From positions 220,207 to 284,206 of the forward strand of contig JBMNJZ010000001.1 in the NCBI GenBank assembly GCA_050951925.1: DNA of 64,000 nucleotides. The letters run 5' to 3'. This document shows, one piece after another, positions 20,656 to 30,510 of the stretch. This DNA is from Saccharofermentanales bacterium. GTDB taxonomy: Bacteria > Bacillota > Clostridia > Saccharofermentanales > DTU023. The notes beneath the pieces are model-generated. The model made no database searches, had not been told where the DNA came from, and was given only the letters and a program-made list of their open reading frames with translations. Both the position numbers and the translations under genes were made by a program. How positions within the stretch are numbered: position 1 is the first letter of the stretch; every line of letters begins with the position of its first letter.

Positions 20656-20805
20656 CTATCTATTCCTACCCTTTCCTGACAATTTTTATAACGAAGGCGC
20701 TCCCCTCTCAGACCTCCACCCGGTCGGGCAACCGGCGCTTACCGATTGTCGTCCCTGATGCGGTCCGCAGGACTGCCATTATTATCATTAAGTCAAATAC
20801 TGCCG

Positions 20806-21852
20806 TTATTTCGTCTGACGCTTTGCGCCCAGCAACTCATCCCGGATCAATCGCGCTCTGACCTGATCTCTCTCCGCGGCCGACAGCGGCTTGCCACTGA
20901 GTTGCTGCAGACTGGCCGGGCCGATATTGGCATCGAGACGGTTCAACGAAATCAGCGGTATATGCTCGATAATCCCCAAACCGATTCCCAATCTCAGCTC
21001 AGCCAAAAGACCGCAGGCCTCCTCACAGCTGATGCGCCTGGCATTCTCCAAAATGCCCTTGGCCCGCCAGACCTGATCTTCCAGACCGGCGCTATCCGCC
21101 CGTTGCAGCTGCTGTCTGGCTTCCTGTTCTTTCTGGATCAAATCTTTGACCAGATGATTGAGATCTTGCAAAATCTCACTCTCCGCCAGCCCCAGCGTCA
21201 TCTGATTGGAGATCTGGACCCGGTAGCCTTCGACTTTGCTGCCTTCACCGCTGCTGCCGCGAACGGCGTAGCCGGCCTTGCCCAGAATATCTGTCAGATA
21301 TCTGATCTGCTCCGTGCGGATCAATCCCGGCAAAAACAGCATGGCCGATGCTCTGAGACCGGTACCGGTATTGGTCGGACAGGCTGTCAGAAAACCGAAT
21401 TGATCATCCCAGGCCAAAGGCAGTTTCTCCTCCAGCTTACAGGTCAGATCCGCCGCTAACCGATAGGCTTGCTCCAGATCAAGCCCGGCGCGCATGGCCT
21501 GAATGCGCAGATGATCTTCCTCCAGAATCATCATGCTGAGACTTTCGTCCTTGCTGATAATCAGCGTCTTGTTTAAGCCCGGCTCCAACATCCGCCTGGA
21601 CAGCAAGTGCTTCTCAGCCAGCGCCAGACGCTGCATATCCTCCAGTTCCGCCAGCCTGACGATATTCCAGTCCGCCCGGGACCGGCTGGGATAGAGGCCA
21701 AGAAAGCAATCCTCGATCCGCTTCTCTACTTCCGCCGCCTGTTCCGGGTTCAGCCGGTTGGGGAAGGGCAGCTCCTGCAGATTGCGGGCGATTCTGACGC
21801 GGCTGGACAATACAATATTTTCCTGAGGTCCCGCTTCAATATACCAAGCCAT
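20806..21852 (-). CDS. mcsB: protein arginine kinase McsB
   Basis: VLSSRVRIARN, EEDHLRIQ, GFLTACPTN and QISNQMTLG motifs. Confidence 0.93.
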   Translation of the reverse strand: MAWYIEAGPQENIVLSSRVRIARNLQELPFPNRLNPEQAAEVEKRIEDCFLGLYPSRSRADWNIVRLAELEDMQRLALAEKHLLSRRMLEPGLNKTLIISKDESLSMMILEEDHLRIQAMRAGLDLEQAYRLAADLTCKLEEKLPLAWDDQFGFLTACPTNTGTGLRASAMLFLPGLIRTEQIRYLTDILGKAGYAVRGSSGEGSKVEGYRVQISNQMTLGLAESEILQDLNHLVKDLIQKEQEARQQLQRADSAGLEDQVWRAKGILENARRISCEEACGLLAELRLGIGLGIIEHIPLISLNRLDANIGPASLQQLSGKPLSAAERDQVRARLIRDELLGAKRQTK

Positions 21853-21869
21853 AATTATCTCCTAAACAA

Positions 21870-22529
21870 CTAATCCGCCTGCGGCTGCTCCGCCGCCGGC
21901 TCCTGTCCGTCTTGCCCCGGTACCGGCGGTGACTCTGCGTCCTTAGCCTTATTCTCCGTAGCTTTGATCTGATCGCGCAGATCGGCAGCCAGTGTATAAT
22001 CTTCGTCCTGAATCGCCTCTGCCAGCTGCGAGCGCAGTATGCTCAGCCGATCCGCCGATTCCGGCTCCGCAGCGGATGGTGTCCCGGCACAGCGCGCCGA
22101 GCGACCCGGCGGCGCCTTCGTCACGGCTGGGGACTGATCAGCTTGTCCCGGCAAATGGCCGACATGCCTGGTGTCCCTCTGGACACGTTTCAGCACCTGC
22201 TCCAACCAGGGGCGGAAAGTCTCGTAGCAGTGGCCGCAGCCGAGCAGACCCGTAGTGCGGAAATCCTGATAACTCTGACCGCAATGGGAGCAATGCCTGA
22301 CCGGTTCCGCCTGCCTGCCGGCTTCCGATCCGAATAGCGCTGTGCCGATCAGATTAGGGCCGGACCAGCCGTGACTGAAAAAGGAGTCAAACAGGGGCGG
22401 GAAGGCACCGCTGCCGGGCTGCATCTTGGCAGCGCAGGCCGGGCAGAGATTGAGATCAGTAGTCTCATTATTGCGCGTTAGGCGCATCTGTATATTTGCT
22501 TCATTGATATGACAATGGTCACAGAGCAT
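21870..22529 (-). CDS. mcsA: McsA, activator of the protein arginine kinase
   Basis: Four CxxC motifs (CDHC, CPAC, CSHC, CGHC) and a UVR domain (EDYTLAADLRDQIK). Confidence 0.93.
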   Translation of the reverse strand: MLCDHCHINEANIQMRLTRNNETTDLNLCPACAAKMQPGSGAFPPLFDSFFSHGWSGPNLIGTALFGSEAGRQAEPVRHCSHCGQSYQDFRTTGLLGCGHCYETFRPWLEQVLKRVQRDTRHVGHLPGQADQSPAVTKAPPGRSARCAGTPSAAEPESADRLSILRSQLAEAIQDEDYTLAADLRDQIKATENKAKDAESPPVPGQDGQEPAAEQPQAD

Positions 22530-22542
22530 AATTTTTCCTCCC

Positions 22543-23007
22543 TTAGATCAATGTGGCCAAAGCGGCCAGCATATTGCGCAAAATCCGGCAGCGCAGCTGA
22601 TCGGCCAGCCGGCGGTCTATATCTGCGAAGACCTGATCCGCCATCGCCGCTCTGAAGATCTCAGCAATCTCCTCCTCCAGCAGACCGGAACGCCGTAGAT
22701 TGGCAATGATCTGGTAGGCTTCCTGCTGCGAGAGATAGTCCGGCATCTCCTTGATCAGATGCCACAGAGCTTGCGCCGCTGTCGAGGTGCTGATCCGCTT
22801 GATTGTGATCGAACCGCCGCCGCCGCGCCTACTCTCCACGACATAGCCGTGGCTGTTGGAGAAACGGGTGGTCAGCACATAGCTGATCTGCGAAGGCACG
22901 ACTCGGATTTCTTGCGCCAGCTTATTGCGGGAAATCTCGACAATGCCGTCATGTTGATCCAAAAGCTCGTCAATCATGCGTTCGATCCGGTCACTGATAT
23001 TGGACAT
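22543..23007 (-). CDS. ctsR: class III heat-shock repressor CtsR
   Basis: MSNISDRIE, VPSQISYVLTTRF and the VESRRGGGG glycine loop. Confidence 0.95.
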   Translation of the reverse strand: MSNISDRIERMIDELLDQHDGIVEISRNKLAQEIRVVPSQISYVLTTRFSNSHGYVVESRRGGGGSITIKRISTSTAAQALWHLIKEMPDYLSQQEAYQIIANLRRSGLLEEEIAEIFRAAMADQVFADIDRRLADQLRCRILRNMLAALATLI

Positions 23008-23040
23008 TTTCTCACCTGCACTTTTTCTTAGACTTAAAGC

Positions 23041-23098
23041 TTTGACTTTGACTTTCTTTGTCCTTCGATAGCTTAACAGGTTCTGCCGAGAGAGTCAA
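23041..23098 (-). promoter_or_regulatory. sigma-A promoter and CtsR operator
   Basis: Minus strand: TTGACT-17-TAAGCT, then GGACAAAGAAAGTCAAAGTCAAA, matching the RGTCAAA-NAN-RGTCAAA heptad repeat. Confidence 0.8.
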
Positions 23099-23213
23099 GC
23101 ACCATTTTTAGAATTTTAAGGGGAATATTTATCTAAGCTGGCAAAGGCAAGAAACCGAGGGGGCACTGCGCATAATCCTCAGTTCCGTTCAGCCTGCTGC
23201 GAATCGTCTGTAT

Positions 23214-23579
23214 CTATTCAGCCGTGAGTTTGCGGGTGGCGACAAGATTGATGCCGGTTCCGGCCACATTCGGCATAATTACTTCACCGACAGCGATCGG
23301 CGGACGGACTACGATTTCTCTGATCGCCGCCATCACCGCCGGAATTTGCTCTTTGGGAACCGGTTCCTCGGTCTTGACCGGCAGACGGCGCAGTCTGCCG
23401 CTCTCCACACCAACAGTGCCAGTGACCGTGCGCAGCGGGCGCTGCAGTTCCTCTCTGCCATAATCGACCCCATTGGGGCATTGATTGCCTGTGACAAAAT
23501 ACGTTTCCGGATGAACCCTGAGCTGGCAGCCGCGCGGGCATAGTGTACAGATAACTTGAACTAATTCCATTGCCTTCAC
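23214..23579 (-). CDS. DUF1667 family protein
   Basis: CTLCPRGC...GNQCPNG...RTVT...LPVKT; the usual third gene of this oxidoreductase cluster. Confidence 0.88.
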   Translation of the reverse strand: MKAMELVQVICTLCPRGCQLRVHPETYFVTGNQCPNGVDYGREELQRPLRTVTGTVGVESGRLRRLPVKTEEPVPKEQIPAVMAAIREIVVRPPIAVGEVIMPNVAGTGINLVATRKLTAE

Positions 23580-23611
23580 TTATCCTCAGAATTGGTATAT
23601 TAATATATTAA

Positions 23612-26581
23612 TTATACTACTTCCTGAACGACCTGGACGGTCACATCGCCGTCTATCCGGCGCACCAGAGCTTCCGGAATCCGCAGCTGCTCCATCTCGC
23701 CCGGCAGCATAAAATCGCGCTTGAAGCTGGCTATCACCCGATCACCCACGTTCAACTGAATCTTGTAGTCGCCATCAAATATCCGATCAACCCGGAAATG
23801 ACAGAGCAAAGTACCGGTTGAGCCGGTACGCAGCCGCTGGGGAACAATATAGGACAAGCCGCTGCCGGCATTAATCTCATAATATTCTTTGCTGTCGGGC
23901 GCAGCCGCGCCGACAGCATCTTGAGCGGAAGCATCCTGCTCAAATGCGGCAGCTTTCGCTCTCAAAACAAAATCCGCCGCGGCACTGCCGGCCCGCTCAG
24001 CCTCTTCTGTCACAAAATCGACCAGATCATGCACCTGCACCACATTGCCGCAGGCGAAAATACCGGGCACACTGGTTTCCATATCCGCAAATACCAGTGG
24101 CCCCTTAGTGCGCTCATCAAGCTGAACACCGGCGGACTTGCTCAGCTCATTTTCCGGGATCAATCCGACTGAAAGCAAGACCGTATCGGCCTCAAAAATC
24201 TGCTCCGTGCCCGGGATCGGCTGCCTGTTCTCGTCCACGGCCATTACTACCACCGCTTCCACCCGCTCCCGGCCGCGGATCTCAGTAATCGTACTGGAGA
24301 GCAGCAACGGAATCTCATAGTCCGCCAGACATTGCACAAGATTGCGCGTCAGCCCGCCCGAATAAGGCATGATCTCCACACAGGCCAGAACCTTCGCTCC
24401 TTCGAGCACCATCCGGCGCGCCATAATCAGACCGATATCGCCCGACCCCAGCACAACCACTCTTTTGCCGACCAGATAACCCTCCAGATTGACATAGCGC
24501 TGAGCCGTACCGGCAGTAAGAATACCCGCCGGCCTTGTACCGGCAATTCCGATCGGCCCGCGGGTGCGCTCCCGGCAGCCCATAGCCAAAACAATGCTCC
24601 GGCCCGCAACCCGCCGCCAACCATGATCACGGCTGATCATTTGCACTGTGCGATCCGCGCCGATATCCAGCACCATAGTATCAAGAGCCAGCTCGATATC
24701 CCGGCCGGCCAATTGCTCAATAAAGCGTTGGGCGTACTCGGGTCCTGTCAATTCCTCCCGGAAAAAATGCAAACCAAAGCCATTGTGAACACATTGGTTG
24801 AGGATACCGCCCAACTCCGTATCCCTTTCTACCAGCAAAATGCGCGACAGTCCTCGCCGCCTGGCCGCCAGCGCCGCCGCCAGACCGGCCGGACCTCCGC
24901 CTACTACCACAAGATCATATTCCGCCTCATCAAGTAACCGGCCGGATTCAATCCGAGCTGTCTTTGACGAAGGCGTCATGCAATCCATTCTGTTACTGTG
25001 ATCATTGCCTTTCGCATCAAGTCCGCTTTCCGTTCCCACAGTGCCCTCTGCCGACACTGCTGCAGTCAGCTCCGGTTCCGGAGTGCCGGCCATCCTGTCC
25101 GACAAAATCTTGCTGTTTGGGCGGTCCAGGATCACCTCTGTGGCCGGAATACCTAACTCACGGCTGATGATTTCCAGTACCCTGGGACCGCAAAAGCCGC
25201 TCTGACAGCGACCCAGACCGGCCTCGGTGCGCCGTTTGACACCATCTAAAGAAAGTGCCGGAACAGGACTATGCAAAGCCGCCACAATTTCACCCTCGCT
25301 GACCGTCTCGCAGCGGCAGATAATTCGCCCGTACAGAGGCTCTCCGGCAATCAGCTCTTGCCGTTCCGAAGGCGTAAGCTCAGTCAGGCGGTTCCGTTTA
25401 CGGACCGGTTGCCAGTCGCGGCGCTCAAAATCTTCCCGCAATGTCTCTTGCAATAGTTCAACCACCATCGTTGCGATCGCCGGAGCTGATGACAACCCGG
25501 GAGAGCGGATACCGGCGGCATCAATCCAGCCGGGTTTGACCTCACCGATAATGAAGTCCTCTACCGTGCTATTCGCTCTGATACCTGCGAAGCTGCGGAT
25601 ATTGTCCCCGAACCGCAGACCGGGAAGAGACCGCCTGGCACCGGCTTGCACCTCAGCCAGCGCCTCTCTGCTCGTTCCTGTATCCGAGCGGGAATCCTGA
25701 TAATGAGAATTGGGACCCACCAGAATATTGCCAGTGACCATCTGGGAAACAACAATACCTTTGCCTCTATGATCCGGACACTGAAAAATAATTCTCTCTA
25801 CTTTGCCCGATGTGTCGCGGTCAAGCAGAAAATACTCGCCCCGGCAAGGCCTGATCTTAAAACTCTCGGCAGCAATCAGATTGTGCACCAGATCAGCATA
25901 GACACCGGCGGCATTGACCACCGCCCGCACCCTGATTTCCCGGTTCTGCCCGGCACAGTCAGGGAAAAATTCCGCCGTCGGGCGCAACTGCAAAGCAAAT
26001 CCGCCTCCGGGCAGGCTCTCAGCCGCATGCAATTCAGTGCTGCGCAATAGTTCACAGCCGCCTTTGACCGCAGTCTCCGCCAAAGCCAGACAGAGCTGCC
26101 AGGGGACAATTACTCCTGCCGACGGCGCCCAGAGCGAACCGCAGATCTCAGGCGCCAGTTGCGGTTCCAGCTTTAAAGTCTGATCCCTGTCCAACAATCG
26201 CAGACCCGGTACCCCGTTATCCCGGCCCCGTTGATAAAGATCATGCAATATCTCCCGGTCACTTTCATCAAAGCCGATAACCAAAGAACCGCAATTCTTA
26301 TAAGGTACGTCCAATCTGGAGCACAGCTCGGGAATACGGGCGGCGCCGGCGACATTGAGCTTGGCCATCAGTGTGTGGGGCAAAGGATCATAGCCGGCAT
26401 GAATAATGGCGGAATTGGCCCTGCTCGTGCCCATAGACACATCATTCTCGCGTTCGATCAGAACAGTTCTCAGCTGAAAAAAAGACAATTCATACGCCAC
26501 CGCGGTACCCACCACGCCGGCGCCGATAATGGCAATATCGTAGTCGTATCCGGTCTTGCGAGCCGAGTCACAAATCAGCAT
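23612..26581 (-). CDS. fused FAD-dependent oxidoreductase (glycerol-3-P/2-hydroxyglutarate dehydrogenase-like, with BFD 2Fe-2S domain) and pyridine nucleotide-disulfide oxidoreductase
   Basis: First half: IIGAGVVG, NSAIIHAG and ICRCETVSEGE...GRCQSGFC. Second half after a linker: VVGGGPAG, GGILNQCVHNGFG and GSGDIGLIMARR. Confidence 0.88.
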   Translation of the reverse strand: MLICDSARKTGYDYDIAIIGAGVVGTAVAYELSFFQLRTVLIERENDVSMGTSRANSAIIHAGYDPLPHTLMAKLNVAGAARIPELCSRLDVPYKNCGSLVIGFDESDREILHDLYQRGRDNGVPGLRLLDRDQTLKLEPQLAPEICGSLWAPSAGVIVPWQLCLALAETAVKGGCELLRSTELHAAESLPGGGFALQLRPTAEFFPDCAGQNREIRVRAVVNAAGVYADLVHNLIAAESFKIRPCRGEYFLLDRDTSGKVERIIFQCPDHRGKGIVVSQMVTGNILVGPNSHYQDSRSDTGTSREALAEVQAGARRSLPGLRFGDNIRSFAGIRANSTVEDFIIGEVKPGWIDAAGIRSPGLSSAPAIATMVVELLQETLREDFERRDWQPVRKRNRLTELTPSERQELIAGEPLYGRIICRCETVSEGEIVAALHSPVPALSLDGVKRRTEAGLGRCQSGFCGPRVLEIISRELGIPATEVILDRPNSKILSDRMAGTPEPELTAAVSAEGTVGTESGLDAKGNDHSNRMDCMTPSSKTARIESGRLLDEAEYDLVVVGGGPAGLAAALAARRRGLSRILLVERDTELGGILNQCVHNGFGLHFFREELTGPEYAQRFIEQLAGRDIELALDTMVLDIGADRTVQMISRDHGWRRVAGRSIVLAMGCRERTRGPIGIAGTRPAGILTAGTAQRYVNLEGYLVGKRVVVLGSGDIGLIMARRMVLEGAKVLACVEIMPYSGGLTRNLVQCLADYEIPLLLSSTITEIRGRERVEAVVVMAVDENRQPIPGTEQIFEADTVLLSVGLIPENELSKSAGVQLDERTKGPLVFADMETSVPGIFACGNVVQVHDLVDFVTEEAERAGSAAADFVLRAKAAAFEQDASAQDAVGAAAPDSKEYYEINAGSGLSYIVPQRLRTGSTGTLLCHFRVDRIFDGDYKIQLNVGDRVIASFKRDFMLPGEMEQLRIPEALVRRIDGDVTVQVVQEVV

Positions 26582-26595
26582 TGCTTGTATTGCGC

Positions 26596-27882
26596 CTAAT
26601 TAAAAAGAAAATCACTGATCTGCTTGACAGTCGGTCCTACGGAATATGACCACATCTCGTGTCCGTTTTTATTATAGTATTTGCGTCTATTGGACAAACT
26701 GGGCGCCAATAATTCGTTGCGCCCGTAGCTGAGATAGGTACCCGCTTTAGACAAAATACGGGTTATCTCGCCATGGCTGATATTGGTGCCGACATTGGGC
26801 AAAATGGCATTGACGAACGCATTGATCGTAGAAGCGCTGCTGCCGCGCAGCTTGTTCAACACCGCGTTGATAACCCGGCGTTGGCGGGCTGCGCGTTGGC
26901 TATCCGAGTCTATACGGCGGATTCGGGCATAAGACAGTGCTTGCGATCCGTTGAGATTATACCTGCCTGCCCCGGGCAAACCGACAATTTTGGCCTCGGC
27001 ATCAGTCAGGCTGATATTAACGCCGCCCAAAGTATTAATACATTTCATAAAAGCTCTGAAGTTAAAAACGACATAGCCGTCAATTTTGAAACGGAAATTA
27101 TGCTCAATTGTTTTTTTGAGCAGATTCGGCCCGCCGTAGGCATAGGAATGATTAAGATTGTCTATGCCGCGGCCGGGAATATCGACTGCAGTACCTCTAT
27201 AGAGAGATAGCAAGTTCACTTTCTTGGTATTGGTATTGAGGGAAACAACAATCATAGCGTCAGATCGACCGCGGAAATTATTGGCGGCGGTATCGACACC
27301 AATTACCAGATAATTTTTGACCCCGGCTTTGCTGCCAATCGGCTTGCCGGAAACTTGCAGTTGTTTTTCAGTGGCCTCAGCGTCGCCCTCGCCATCATCT
27401 GTGCCGTTGACAGGGTCTGTCTCTACCTCCTCAGCAGAGAAATCTTTGAGGAAAGCGTCCATCTCAGACTGCAGCGCAGCTTCTATTTCCTCTGCCGACG
27501 GATCCGGTTCACCGGTCTCTACGTCCAATTCATCCGGCGACCAGCTTGGATCGCCTTGGAATATCTCCTCCGGCTCTTTCATCAGATTTAGTCTGCTTTT
27601 GTAATAGATACCGGCGCCGGCGATCAGCACAATTAAAACACCCAGGATAATCGCTAAAGCACGCATTGACAGTCTGCGCGAATCTCCGAATGAAGATTTT
27701 TTACGCTGGGGATTCTTGTTGGGACGAGAGGCGGGGGCTTCGGCCTGTGCCTGCGTCAGCTGTGCAGATCTGATTTTATTGTTGCCATCATCGGCTGCCG
27801 ATCGTTGCGGGAAATCTACTTTTTTCGCTTCAGGCCTGCTTTTCGCCGGTACAGGCTGTTGTTGATCATAATTAATCTTCAT
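26596..27882 (-). CDS. LCP (LytR-CpsA-Psr) family glycopolymer transferase
   Basis: TM helix, then LVIGVD, RSDAMIV, LNHSYAYGG and ALSYARIRRIDSD..R..RQ. Confidence 0.92.
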   Translation of the reverse strand: MKINYDQQQPVPAKSRPEAKKVDFPQRSAADDGNNKIRSAQLTQAQAEAPASRPNKNPQRKKSSFGDSRRLSMRALAIILGVLIVLIAGAGIYYKSRLNLMKEPEEIFQGDPSWSPDELDVETGEPDPSAEEIEAALQSEMDAFLKDFSAEEVETDPVNGTDDGEGDAEATEKQLQVSGKPIGSKAGVKNYLVIGVDTAANNFRGRSDAMIVVSLNTNTKKVNLLSLYRGTAVDIPGRGIDNLNHSYAYGGPNLLKKTIEHNFRFKIDGYVVFNFRAFMKCINTLGGVNISLTDAEAKIVGLPGAGRYNLNGSQALSYARIRRIDSDSQRAARQRRVINAVLNKLRGSSASTINAFVNAILPNVGTNISHGEITRILSKAGTYLSYGRNELLAPSLSNRRKYYNKNGHEMWSYSVGPTVKQISDFLFN

Positions 27883-28222
27883 GCATATCTCCAGTATACA
27901 AGCTGGTCTTCAACCACAAAAACCAGAAGAATAGAAGCTAAAACTGCGGATTTTTTGCCGACTGATGAGAGCAGAGGGTATTCAATCTCCGGTGCTCAAT
28001 CTCCGGTTTTATTGAAGGCTAATCCACATTATGTATTATTAGCAAGTCCTTTTCAACTGATTTGTCAATTCCGGAGATAACAATTATGTGTCAAATAGCG
28101 TAAATTTTTCGTTAAAGAAAGAGTTAGCTCATCCTAAGATGTTATCTTTTAAAACACTGCTGCTGACATTAGCTGCCAAATAATTTATAACCACTTCAGC
28201 AGCCGATTTAAGTACCAGATAT

Positions 28223-28255
28223 AAAAAGGCCGGCTCGTCCGGAGCCGGCTTTTTT
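28223..28255. terminator. rho-independent terminator, bidirectional shape
   Basis: AAAAAGGCCGGCTC-GTCCG-GAGCCGGCTTTTTT downstream of the 28301 stop. Confidence 0.8.
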
Positions 28256-28300
28256 CCCAATCAAACTTAAAGAATGACGAAGGCGCTATCTGTTCGTTTG

Positions 28301-28850
28301 CTAATTCTGACCCAGCGGGCAATTGGCTCTCCTGTCGCTCTTATTGCTGCGTCCGGGTGTATTGGCTTTGTTTTGGGCATTTTTGCCACGATTGCCTCTT
28401 GCCGGAGCAGTGTCATCTGCAGAAGCTTGATTTCTGTTGCGACCGGGGACTCCATCAGCAGGTGGATTGCCATCATAGGGACAGTTCGCGGAATCACAGT
28501 TATCGCCACTTTGATCTCTTAGGCGGCGACGGCTACCTTGCTGATCTTGCTCCCCATCTCTCAGGCGCAGATTGCCGGTAATTTGTTCATCACTCAAGCC
28601 TCGCCCGCGCAGCTCTTTCTTGAACTCTTCCTTATTGCCGAAGCGGGGAGGGATCTTGCTGTTGTCTGATCCAACGGCGCGTCCCCGTCGTTGCTTGGCC
28701 GATCCGGCCTTCACGGCTGTTTCTGATATTTCGGCAGCTGCCGACTTGGTATCTTCCTGAGCCGATATGCCCGTGGAGGGGAAAATCAAAACCAAAGTCA
28801 GTATTAGAACTACCATCGCGGATATTATTATTTTGCAAAGATGCTTTTTC
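28301..28850 (-). CDS. hypothetical exported low-complexity protein
   Basis: AAGGAG RBS before MKKHLCK (ATG at 28850); signal peptide; R/G/N-rich with RLRD and NCP motifs. Confidence 0.6.
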
Positions 28851-28946
28851 ATTTTGAACTCCTTTCCTGGTTTATGGCTTACCGCCATCTGATCTGACTT
28901 CAGGATATAAGAGCTGCATGTCCTTTAAAGGGAATTAATATGTTTT

Positions 28947-30497
28947 TCAGGTGTTTTTTAGAAGAGATTTCGGTATCAGCAACTTGAACACCGAACCCCG
29001 GCCGGGCCGGGAATCAACTTCCATAGCCATACCATGGCGTTTGGCAATACTCGCGGCAATCGTCAAGCCCAGACCAATATCCTGATTTTGCTTTTTTGCA
29101 GTATAAAAGCGATCAAAAATATTTTGTCTGACTTCTTCTGACATGCCCTCGCCGTAATCAGTGACAGACAAGACAGCATCCGCTGTCGGAGATTTGGCTA
29201 ATACAATCTCAATCTTGCTCCCGGACGGAGAATATTTTAGTGCATTGTCGAGTAATATCAGGCATAATTGACGGATTCTGCCATAGTCGGCCTCCACAAC
29301 CAGATCATGATCCAACTCGGAAACCAGTTCAACCGCTTTTTCCGCTGCCAAATGACGGATACTCCTCAGCGCATCAGCCACAATATCGCTCAATCTGACC
29401 GTACTGAGATCCAGTGAGAATTCCTTGTGATCCAATCGAGACAGCTCCAGCAGGTCATTGACCAGGCGATCCAGCGCTTTGATATCGTTCTTAATATTAT
29501 CGATATAGTCCGGAATTTCTTCCGGTCTGACGATCCCGTCAGACAAGGCTTCGATGGAACCTCGGATCACAGCTACCGGTGTTCTCAATTCATGAGATAT
29601 TTCCGAGATAAAGCTCCTGCGCAGATTATCCTCCTGCTCTCTTTCTTCCCGAGCAGTCTGCAGCCTGCAGGCAAGAATGTCGATCTCCCGCGCCAGTTCG
29701 CCCAGCTCGTCCGGTCTGTTGTAACCGGTTCTGGCGCTGTAATCATCAAGCGCCAGGCGCGCGGTGGTATCCTGAATCCGCTTGATCGGCACAATAAAGC
29801 GCCTGGATAAAATCAACGCCATCAGCAAAACCAAGGAAATGGCGATCAAAGAAGCCGCAGAAAAACCCAGCAAAGATGAACGATAAAGTATAGGAATTTC
29901 ATTGAGGGGCACATGCAGCAGCAAAGCTTTCTGAATAGTATTCTCAGTTTCGATGATCGGAAAACCCAAAGTCAGGGCGGGAATGCCCAGGAAATCGGAA
30001 AAATCGGTAGACACAGTTTCCTGTCCCTGCAGGTTCAGATCCAAATTGCTGACCGCGTCCGCCGGCAGTTCGGTAAAAGAGTAGGCTTTATCCTCACCCA
30101 GCGAGAGAATGCCACTGTCCCGGTCCAGCACCCAGATATTGGCCTGGATGGCATCATTGAGCATTTTAAGATAGGAATTGCGGGACAGCTTGTACTTGCC
30201 GAGATTGTTGCGCCTCTGCCTGATATCGCTCTGGTTTTTGCCGACACCTTGTCCCTGGCCATGGCCTTGCGATTCCATCGGCATGCTCTGGGTCTCCCAG
30301 CTAGTCTTATGCTCCGACAGTGTAGCCGCAATCCGGCGGCCTCTGGCTTGCCATTCCTCTTGCAAGGTCTTAAGCAAATATTTGCGATAAAACAGAGTGT
30401 AGACCAGAGTCGACAGCAGGGCAAAAACCAGCAGCAAAAGTACAAAATAAAATACCCATTGTCGCTGTAATTTCCGGTTAATAAATCCTTTTAGCAT
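28947..30497 (-). CDS. HAMP-domain sensor histidine kinase
   Basis: Two TMs, HAMP (DELGELA), ISHELRTP, LLDNALKYS and GLGLTIA. Confidence 0.93.
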   Translation of the reverse strand: MLKGFINRKLQRQWVFYFVLLLLVFALLSTLVYTLFYRKYLLKTLQEEWQARGRRIAATLSEHKTSWETQSMPMESQGHGQGQGVGKNQSDIRQRRNNLGKYKLSRNSYLKMLNDAIQANIWVLDRDSGILSLGEDKAYSFTELPADAVSNLDLNLQGQETVSTDFSDFLGIPALTLGFPIIETENTIQKALLLHVPLNEIPILYRSSLLGFSAASLIAISLVLLMALILSRRFIVPIKRIQDTTARLALDDYSARTGYNRPDELGELAREIDILACRLQTAREEREQEDNLRRSFISEISHELRTPVAVIRGSIEALSDGIVRPEEIPDYIDNIKNDIKALDRLVNDLLELSRLDHKEFSLDLSTVRLSDIVADALRSIRHLAAEKAVELVSELDHDLVVEADYGRIRQLCLILLDNALKYSPSGSKIEIVLAKSPTADAVLSVTDYGEGMSEEVRQNIFDRFYTAKKQNQDIGLGLTIAASIAKRHGMAMEVDSRPGRGSVFKLLIPKSLLKNT

Positions 30498-30510
30498 AAT
30501 GTCTGTCTGC

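Noticed and set aside
17840-20702. 13-bp inverted match (GAGCGCCTTCGTT / AACGAAGGCGCTC) on either side of clpC
   Set aside because: Dozens of 13-mer matches are expected by chance in 64 kb, and clpC sits in its canonical ctsR operon.
27982-28007. 12-bp direct repeat TCAATCTCCGGT x2 upstream of the LCP gene
   Set aside because: Two copies with a 14-bp period could be a simple slippage duplication; no second occurrence or cognate regulator.
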